NCBI GenBank assembly: GCA_963710945.1
Contig: CAVQCH010000005.1
Location: 84,135-148,134 of the forward strand
Origin: an uncultured Acidobacteriota bacterium
GTDB taxonomy: Bacteria; Acidobacteriota; Thermoanaerobaculia; UBA5066; Gp7-AA6
DNA: 64,000 bases
Direction of reading: 5' to 3'
Shown one piece after another: positions 57,988-64,000 of the stretch (positions are counted from its first letter, which is position 1; the number at the start of each line of letters is the position of its first letter). Both the position numbers and the translations under genes were made by a program. The notes beneath the pieces were generated by a model. The model was given only the letters and a program-made list of their open reading frames with translations, was not told the origin of the DNA and made no database searches.

Positions 57988-58899
57988 CTACTCGGGGAAC
58001 GACTCGGGCTGGTCGACGGCGCGGCGATAGAGGCCGTCGTCGATGTTGCGGCCCGTCACGAGGACGATCGTCGGGCCCGTGACGTCCGCGATCTGCGGCA
58101 GGGCTGCGAGAGCGGAGGCCGCGGCGCCCTCGACGCGGATGCCTGCTTTCGCATACGAGCCGATGGCGTACGCCATCTCCCGCTCGGTGACGACCAGCAT
58201 CCGGTCCACGACGGCGTTGACCTCGGCGACGGCCTCGGGGATCGCGACGCGGACGGCGAGGCCGTCGGCGAAGGTGGCCATACGATCACTCTCGACCGGG
58301 CACCCCGCGTCGAAAGAGAGGGCCATGACGGGAGCTTCCTTCGCGGCGACGCCGATGACGAGCGTTCCGGGCGAGCGGCGCTTGAGCGTCCGTCCGATTC
58401 CGGCGATGAGCGCGCCGTTGCCGACGGGGACGACGACCGCGTCGGGAACGTCGGGCGTCTGGGCGAGGATCTCGTCCGCGATCGCGCCGTATCCCTCGAA
58501 CTGCGTCGGCTCCTTGCCGTCCTCGAAGAAGGGGACCTGCGCTTCGGCGGCGAAGCGCTTGCCCTCGTCCTTGGCGAAGTCGAGATCCGTTCCCGCCAGG
58601 CGGATCTCCGCGCCGAGCCCGTCGATCATCGCGAGCTTGGCGAGCGAGGCGCCGGCCGGCGCGTAGACCATCGCGCGCAACCCGGAGCGCTGGCACGCCC
58701 AGGCGACCGCGGCGCCGTGATTGCCGGTCGAAGCGGTGACGACGGCCGCGGCGCCCCGCGCCTTGTATGCCTCGATCGTCGGAAGGGCGCCGCGCCACTT
58801 GAACGCACCGAGCTCGTGTACGTCCTCGCGCTTCAACGACAGCGCAAGCCCGTCGTACAGCCCCCCGGGCGCCCGTTCGAGCGGAGAGGGCAGGTCCAC
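57988..58899 (-). CDS. PLP-dependent enzyme, tryptophan-synthase-beta superfamily (threonine dehydratase-like)
   Basis: 303 aa. 'LKREDVHELGAFKWRGA', 'ASTGNHGAAVA', 'VPVGNGALIAG'. Confidence 0.8.
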   Translation of the reverse strand: MDLPSPLERAPGGLYDGLALSLKREDVHELGAFKWRGALPTIEAYKARGAAAVVTASTGNHGAAVAWACQRSGLRAMVYAPAGASLAKLAMIDGLGAEIRLAGTDLDFAKDEGKRFAAEAQVPFFEDGKEPTQFEGYGAIADEILAQTPDVPDAVVVPVGNGALIAGIGRTLKRRSPGTLVIGVAAKEAPVMALSFDAGCPVESDRMATFADGLAVRVAIPEAVAEVNAVVDRMLVVTEREMAYAIGSYAKAGIRVEGAAASALAALPQIADVTGPTIVLVTGRNIDDGLYRRAVDQPESFPE

Positions 58900-58968
58900 T
58901 TCGAAAAGGCTACCGCAGGCGCCGGCGGGGAGGGTAGTGGGAAACGACCCGTCCGGTCATTTCGGCGC

Positions 58969-59754
58969 TCAAGCCCGGGGCCGCCACGGCACGAAGGCCG
59001 ACGTCGTGCGCTGGTATTCGCGGTAAGCGTCGCCGCGGGACTTGAGTGCCTGCGCCTCGGTCGCCGGGATCCCGGTGACGCGCAGCAGGAAGTAGAGCAT
59101 CACCGCGGGGCAGGCGAGCGCGAGCCATCCATGCGGGGACGCCAGAGCGAAGACGGCATACGCGATCCAGACCAGCCATTCGAAGAAATAGTTCGGGTGG
59201 CGCGAATAGCGCCAGAGGCCCTCGCGGCAGGTCTTTCCGCCGTTGGCCGGGTCCGACTTGAAGCGCTCGAGCGCCCGGTCGGCGGAAGTTTCGCCGGCGA
59301 TCGCGACGATCCAGATCGCGGCGCCGATCCACTCGAGCGGCGCGATCCGGCCCGCGGGATTGACCGCGGCGAGCAGGAACGGGGTCGCGAGAAAGAGATC
59401 GAGCGCTCCCTGAAAGAGAAAGAAGAACAGGAACTTCACGTCGATGTTGCCGCCCCATTGGGTGCGCAGCGCCTGGTAGCGGCCGTCCTCGGGCTTCCCG
59501 TGCGAGCGCCGGTGGATGTGGGCGGCCAGGCGCAGGCCGGCGATGCCGCCCATGAGCGAGACGAGCAGGCGCCGCGCCGGCAGGCCCGTGCCGAGCCAGC
59601 CGTACAGGATCGCGAGGAAGGCGAGGTTCGCGGACCACGCGACGTCGACGACGCCGGCGTTGCGCGTCTTCCATTGCGCGGCCCAGGCGACGAGCATGAC
59701 GGCCACGACGAGCCCGGCGCCCCAGCCCGCGAGGCGGAGAAATTCAGGCCACAT
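58969..59754 (-). CDS. DUF1295 (steroid 5-alpha-reductase/ICMT-like) membrane protein
   Basis: ATG at 59754. 'GLWRYSRHPNYFFEWLVW', 'EDGRYQALR'. Confidence 0.8.
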   Translation of the reverse strand: MWPEFLRLAGWGAGLVVAVMLVAWAAQWKTRNAGVVDVAWSANLAFLAILYGWLGTGLPARRLLVSLMGGIAGLRLAAHIHRRSHGKPEDGRYQALRTQWGGNIDVKFLFFFLFQGALDLFLATPFLLAAVNPAGRIAPLEWIGAAIWIVAIAGETSADRALERFKSDPANGGKTCREGLWRYSRHPNYFFEWLVWIAYAVFALASPHGWLALACPAVMLYFLLRVTGIPATEAQALKSRGDAYREYQRTTSAFVPWRPRA

Positions 59755-60247
59755 CGTCGATCTCCGGGCGGCGGCTCGCGGAGATCCGGCGCGCGAGCGC
59801 CCGGAAGATCGGCCGCGTTCCGAAATAGATCCCGGCGACGAAGAGCGGCGAGACGAGAAGCCACGCGACGAAGGCGTGGAGGCCGGTGCCGCCGAGCTTC
59901 GAGATCGCGTCCAGGGGATCGGCCCTCGCCATTGCGACGAGCTCACCAAGCGACCGTGTCTCGGGCGGAGAGCGGAAGATCTTCTCGCCGAGGCGGATGA
60001 ACGGGAAGATCAGGAGAAGCTGCAGGGCATACGAGGACCAGTTGACCGCCTGGATGACCGGCTGGTTGAGGCGAAGCGCCCAGGCGGCGAAGAAGCACAG
60101 GATCGTCGTCGTGCCGACGATGGGATTGACCGCGATCGTCAGGCCGACGGCGACGGTCAGCGCGATCCTCTCGGGCGAAAGACCCTGCGTGAGCTGCTCG
60201 ACGATCGGGTCGCCGATCTTCGCCTTGAGGCGCGTATGCAGGCTCAC
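59744..60247 (-). CDS. DUF2062 domain-containing membrane protein
   Basis: GTG overlaps the cfa stop (GTGA). 'QGLSPERIALTVAVGLTIAVNPIVGTTTILC' and 'NWSSYALQLLLIFPFIRLGE'. Confidence 0.7.
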   Translation of the reverse strand: MSLHTRLKAKIGDPIVEQLTQGLSPERIALTVAVGLTIAVNPIVGTTTILCFFAAWALRLNQPVIQAVNWSSYALQLLLIFPFIRLGEKIFRSPPETRSLGELVAMARADPLDAISKLGGTGLHAFVAWLLVSPLFVAGIYFGTRPIFRALARRISASRRPEIDDVA

Positions 60248-61497
60248 GCGGAGCTCTCCGGGGTCAGGTCTGCGGATTGCGGATGCCCGTCCGAAGTGGA
60301 ACTTGCAGACCTGACCCCGGCCTTCGCGAGGAGAAGCTGGATGTCGCCGATGTAGCGCTCCGCGAACCCGCCCTGGCAGTAACCCAGGTAGTAGTCCCAC
60401 AGGCGGATGAAGCTGTCGGGAAAGCCGAGGGCGCGGACGCGGTCGCGGTTGTCGAGGAAACGCCGGCGCCAGGCGGCGAGCGTCGAGACGTAGTGGTGGC
60501 CGATCTCCTCGGCGCCCTCGACGCGCAGACGCGTCGCGCGGGCGAGCGACTTCCGGATCTCGGCGACGGAGGCGAGCTCGCTGCCCGGAAAGATGTGGCG
60601 CTGGATGAAGTCGGGCTGCCGGCGGTAGCGGGCAAATCGCGCCTCGTTGATCGTGATCGTCTGGAGCAGCATCGTGCCGCCCGGCACGAGCAGGCGGTCG
60701 ACCGCGCCGAAGTAGTCGTCGTAGTAGGCGAGGCCCACGGCCTCGAACATCTCGATCGAGACGGCCTTGTCGAAGCGGCCGGTGAGCTTGCGGTAGTCCT
60801 CGAAGAGCAGCGTGACGCGGTCCCCGAGGCCCTCGCGCGCGATGCGCTCGCGCACGTGATCGTGCTGCGAGCGGCTGATCGTCGTCGTCGTGACGCGGCA
60901 GCCGTAGCGGGCCGCGGCGTGGAGCGCGAAGGCGCCCCACCCCGTGCCGATCTCGAGGAGATGATCGCCGGGTGAGAGCGCGAGCTTGTCGGCGATTTGA
61001 TCGAACTTCGCGGCCTGCGCGTCGGCGAGCGACATCCCCGGCCGGTCGAAGATCGCGCACGAATAGGTCAGCGTGGGGTCGAGGAAGAGGGAGTAGAAGT
61101 CGGTGCCGAGGTCGTAGTGGAAGCGGATGTTCGCGCGGCTGTGCGCGACGGTGTTGCGCCGCCGGAAGTGGCGGATCCTCTCCGCCCAGCGATCGAATGT
61201 CGCCGGCAGGCGGCCGCCGGCGTCGAAAACCGCCATGTTGCGCGCCGCCAGGCGCGTCACCGCCGGAAGGTCCGGAGAGCTCCAGAGCCCTTCGGCGTAC
61301 GTCTCGCCGAAGGCGATGTCCCCGCCGAAGACGAAGCGCGGAAAAACCGCGGCGTCGCGGATCTCGACGACGGCGTGCAGGTCGGATGCGGGATCTCCGA
61401 AACGCCGGACGTCGCCCTCGGGAAGGCGGACCTCCAGGTGTCCGTCGCGGATGTGTTCGAGGTTTCGGAAGAGCAGCGCGCGGGAGATGGCCTTCAT
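60244..61497 (-). CDS. cfa: cyclopropane-fatty-acyl-phospholipid synthase family methyltransferase
   Basis: ATG at 61497 after AAAGGAGG. 'HYDLGTDFYSLFLD', 'LLEIGTGWGAFAL', 'SIEMFEAVG', 'WDYYLGYCQGGF'. The last 25 or so codons read through the family-4 hairpin. Confidence 0.9.
   Translation of the reverse strand: MKAISRALLFRNLEHIRDGHLEVRLPEGDVRRFGDPASDLHAVVEIRDAAVFPRFVFGGDIAFGETYAEGLWSSPDLPAVTRLAARNMAVFDAGGRLPATFDRWAERIRHFRRRNTVAHSRANIRFHYDLGTDFYSLFLDPTLTYSCAIFDRPGMSLADAQAAKFDQIADKLALSPGDHLLEIGTGWGAFALHAAARYGCRVTTTTISRSQHDHVRERIAREGLGDRVTLLFEDYRKLTGRFDKAVSIEMFEAVGLAYYDDYFGAVDRLLVPGGTMLLQTITINEARFARYRRQPDFIQRHIFPGSELASVAEIRKSLARATRLRVEGAEEIGHHYVSTLAAWRRRFLDNRDRVRALGFPDSFIRLWDYYLGYCQGGFAERYIGDIQLLLAKAGVRSASSTSDGHPQSADLTPESSA
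60260..60318. repeat. REP-like hairpin, family 4, copy 2
   Basis: GGGGTCAGGTCTGC (60260-73) pairs with GCAGACCTGACCCC (60305-18). 14-bp perfect stem. The loop contains TGCGGAT TGCGGAT. Confidence 0.8.
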
Positions 61498-61578
61498 GGC
61501 GCCTCCTTTCGCTCGAGCCTCCTCGGGTGCGTGAAGACGGGAATGCCTCCGCGCCACAGCCACAGCGCCTGCCCCGGT

Positions 61579-62739
61579 TTAGCCCGGCTCGGGGGAGGGC
61601 ATTCGCAGGGACTCGGCGGCGGCGACGAGCCGCTCCAGGATCTCGGCCAGATGCCCTCGCGCCTTTTCGATCTCGGCGTGGATCTCGTCGAGCCGGCGTC
61701 CGGCGCGGGCGCCGGCGGCCGCGGCCTCCTCGTGCAGGCGGTCGAGCTGCGCGGCCGCGCGCAGGCGGGCGGCCTCGAGCTCGGCGAGGGCGTCGTGAGC
61801 GGTCAGGCGCGCCGAGTCGCGGACCTCGGTCCAGCGCCGCGTCAGGCTCTGCACCTGCTCGTGCAGGCGCACGGACGTGAAGGCGCGGCCGGTGCGCCGG
61901 GCTTCGTTCGCCGCCTCGCGCCAGCGCTCGGGCGGGCGATGAAGGCCGCGCACGAGGCCGAGCCGCTCGCCGAGCCACAGAAGGTAGTAGCTCGCGTCCA
62001 CCTCCCACCAGCGGAATCCCTGGGCCGCCGATCCCGGCGCCCAGTGGTGGTTGTTGTGCCAGCCCTCGCCCATCGTCACGAGCGCGAAGAGGAAGCTGTT
62101 GCGGGAGTCGTCGGTCGTCGCGAAGACGCGGCGGCCGAAGAGGTGCATGACGCTGTTGATGGAGAACGTGCCGTGCCACAGGAGCACGGTCGACAGGAAA
62201 TACCCGTAGAAGAGGCCGACGGGGCCGAATGCGACGTAGAGCCCGACCCCGTAGAGAAGCGTCGCGACGTACTCGTTGCGGTCGAGCCAGACGAGCTCGG
62301 GGTACTTCGCGAGGTCCGGCACCCGCGAAGGATCCGACACCGCGTGATCCTCGGCCAGGATCCAGCCCATGTGGCTCCACCAGAAGCCCCTCTGGACGGG
62401 GCTGTGGATGTCCTCGGGCCGGTCGGAGTACTTGTGGTGATGGCGATGGTTGCCGGCCCACCACAGCACGCCGCGCTGCGCCGCCGTCTGGCCGAGAAGG
62501 GCGAGCAGGAACTGCGGCACGCGCGACAGGCGGTAGGTGCGGTGACTGAAGTAGCGGTGGAAGCCCGCAGTGATCGCGAACATCCGGAGGTAGTAGGAGG
62601 CGATGCAGAGGGCGACGCCCTTCCAGGAGAAGCCGATCACGAGGACCCCGAGCGCGGCGGCGTGGACGAGCACGAAGCCGACGACGGCCGAGGGCCGCAG
62701 GGCGTGGACGCGGGGGGCGGCGGTGATTTCGGGTGTCAT
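61579..62739 (-). CDS. acyl-CoA/acyl-lipid delta-9-type fatty acid desaturase with a C-terminal coiled-coil extension
   Basis: His boxes 'HRYFSH', 'NHRHHHKYSD', 'WHNNHH'. The final 100 or so aa are Ala/Arg/Glu-rich helical text. Confidence 0.88.
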   Translation of the reverse strand: MTPEITAAPRVHALRPSAVVGFVLVHAAALGVLVIGFSWKGVALCIASYYLRMFAITAGFHRYFSHRTYRLSRVPQFLLALLGQTAAQRGVLWWAGNHRHHHKYSDRPEDIHSPVQRGFWWSHMGWILAEDHAVSDPSRVPDLAKYPELVWLDRNEYVATLLYGVGLYVAFGPVGLFYGYFLSTVLLWHGTFSINSVMHLFGRRVFATTDDSRNSFLFALVTMGEGWHNNHHWAPGSAAQGFRWWEVDASYYLLWLGERLGLVRGLHRPPERWREAANEARRTGRAFTSVRLHEQVQSLTRRWTEVRDSARLTAHDALAELEAARLRAAAQLDRLHEEAAAAGARAGRRLDEIHAEIEKARGHLAEILERLVAAAESLRMPSPEPG

Positions 62740-62821
62740 GGCCTTACTGTAACTCTCGAGGCCGGGCAGGAGGACGCCGGGGCGGGGCCGGAAAGCGGGA
62801 AAGTCCTGTACCGGTTGGAGA

Positions 62822-62850
62822 TGAAAAGGGGGCGCCTGCGGCGCCCCCTC
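62822..62850 (-). terminator. intrinsic terminator after yceI
   Basis: On the minus strand: GGGGGCGCC-GCA-GGCGCCCCC followed by TTTTCAT. Confidence 0.75.
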
Positions 62851-62879
62851 GAAGCAAACGGGCCGGCGTGGCGCCGGCG

Positions 62880-63481
62880 TCACTTCGTCTCGGCCGTCTT
62901 CCGTTGACCGTTTCGAGCGAGATCGTCACGGCGACGTCGTCGGAGAGCATGAAGCTGCCGTTGTCGAGAGCCTTGTTCCAGTTGATCCCGTAGTCCTTGC
63001 GGTTCAGGGTCGTCGCGAGCTCGAAGCCGGCGCGATCGCCGCGCGGGTCCTTCGCCATGCCGGTGTAGGTCACGGGCAGGGTGATGGACTTCGTGACGCC
63101 GTGCATCGTGAAGTCGCCGGTGACGTCGTACTTGTCCTTGCCGGCCGCCACGATCTTCGTGCTCTTGAACGTGATCTCGGGAAACTTCGCCGTGTCGAAG
63201 AAGTCGGGCGAGTTCAGGTGCTTGTTGCGGCCGTCGTTGTTGGTGTTTATGGAGGCGGCCTTGATCGTTAAGACGACCGAGGAGGCCTCGGGGTTGGCGG
63301 GGTCGACCTGGATCGTGCCTTCGAAATCCGTGAACTCGCCGCGCACCTTCGACACGAAGTGACGGACCTGGAAGCTCACGTCCGAGTGGGTCTTGTCGAT
63401 GGCGTAGGTGTCGGCCGCGAAGAGCGGCGCGGCCGCGAGCGCGGCGGCGAAGAGAGCGGCGATGCGGAGCCTGCGGAACAT
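62880..63481 (-). CDS. YceI-family periplasmic lipid/polyisoprenoid-binding protein. Probable frame disruption near 62900-62915.
   Basis: AAGGAG then ATG 63481. Signal 'IAALFAAALAAAPLFA'. 'YAIDKTHSDVSFQVRHF', 'VTGDFTMHGVTK'. As sequenced, the ORF runs on to 62744 through the terminator hairpin. The adjacent frame gives '...KTAETK*' with a stop at 62880. Confidence 0.75.
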
Positions 63482-63521
63482 GGGAAATCTCCTTTCGAGA
63501 CGGTTGAAGGGTGCGGAAGTC

Positions 63522-64000
63522 TCAGGCCTTGCGGCGGGATCGTTTCGAAGGGGCGAGGCCGGCGCGAACGGCATCGAGAAGGCGGATCAGGGTCTCGACC
63601 TCGGCGTCGGCGAGCGCGCCGAGCGCAAAGTCGGCGCGCGCGACGGGGGCGTCCATGCGGGCGAGCAGGCGCGCCCCGGCCGGGGCGAGGATGCAGAAGA
63701 CCTGGCGCCGGTCGGTCGTGCAGCGCTTGCGGGCGACGAGGCCCTTCTTCTCGAGCCGGTCGATCAGGCGCGTGATGCCCGGGGCGTGCTCGATCATGCG
63801 CCCGGCGATCTCGAGCGTGGGGAGGCCGTTCCTGCCGGCGCCGCGCAGGATGCGGAGCACGTTGTACTGCTGGTCCGTGACGCCGAAGGGCTCGAGCACG
63901 CGCGAGAGGTGGAGGCGCAGGACGTCGACCGTCTTCAAGAGGCCCAGGGCGGCCTCCTGGCGGGGCGACTGGAAGGGACGGCCCTGCTGGATCTCGCGGG
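63522..64000 (-). CDS. MarR-family transcriptional regulator (5' end runs off the window)
   Basis: 'QQYNVLRILRGAGRNGLPTLEIAGRMIEHAPGITRLIDRLEKKGLVARKRCTTDRRQV'. The frame stays open to position 64000. Confidence 0.8.
   Translation of the reverse strand, partial: REIQQGRPFQSPRQEAALGLLKTVDVLRLHLSRVLEPFGVTDQQYNVLRILRGAGRNGLPTLEIAGRMIEHAPGITRLIDRLEKKGLVARKRCTTDRRQVFCILAPAGARLLARMDAPVARADFALGALADAEVETLIRLLDAVRAGLAPSKRSRRKA

Overview
High-GC (roughly 70%) bacterial chromosomal segment. Gene content and repeat types suggest an Acidobacteriota-like organism, but that is inference only. I count about 65 protein-coding genes. I recognised no rRNA, tRNA, CRISPR array, transposase or prophage.

Housekeeping backbone: dprA-topA, trmFO, xerC-(S41 peptidase)-hslV-hslU-(LptM-like FN3 lipoprotein)-dapF, mpl and tyrS.

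The most interesting part is a metal-acquisition island at about 33.3-43.8 kb:
- A cobalamin riboswitch with an SD-sequestering hairpin precedes one 772-aa ORF. That ORF fuses a small polytopic membrane protein to a BtuB-type TonB-dependent receptor.
- Downstream lie a PduO-type adenosyltransferase, a Cys/His-rich secreted protein and a beta-barrel with an N-terminal CSMCRC motif.
- On the opposite strand is an apbE / porin / FMN_bind (TGATLT flavinylation motif) / His-rich 4-TM membrane protein operon.
- An FTR1 iron permease and fur follow. A related palindrome (ATTGAGA-N5-TCTCAAT; 7/8-matching arms at the second site) sits at two promoters and is a candidate Fur operator.

A lipid-remodelling cluster lies at 59-64 kb: DUF1295, DUF2062, cfa, a desaturase with a coiled-coil tail, yceI and marR.

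Non-coding structure is rich:
- A family of tandem heptanucleotide repeats (NCGGRAT)n occurs at three gene boundaries. One is an 11-unit array that contains the start codon of a lipoprotein and is a strong G-quadruplex motif. One forms a 28-bp inverted-array stem around an SD and ATG.
- There are at least four REP-like palindromic element families.

Caveat: about 20 single-base frame disruptions interrupt otherwise well-conserved genes. Where I could pinpoint the base, several lie in short C or G runs. This looks more like unpolished long-read assembly error than gene decay. Interrupted genes are annotated as single CDSs spanning the shifts. Gene starts are inferred from SD spacing and signal-peptide logic and may be off by a few codons.
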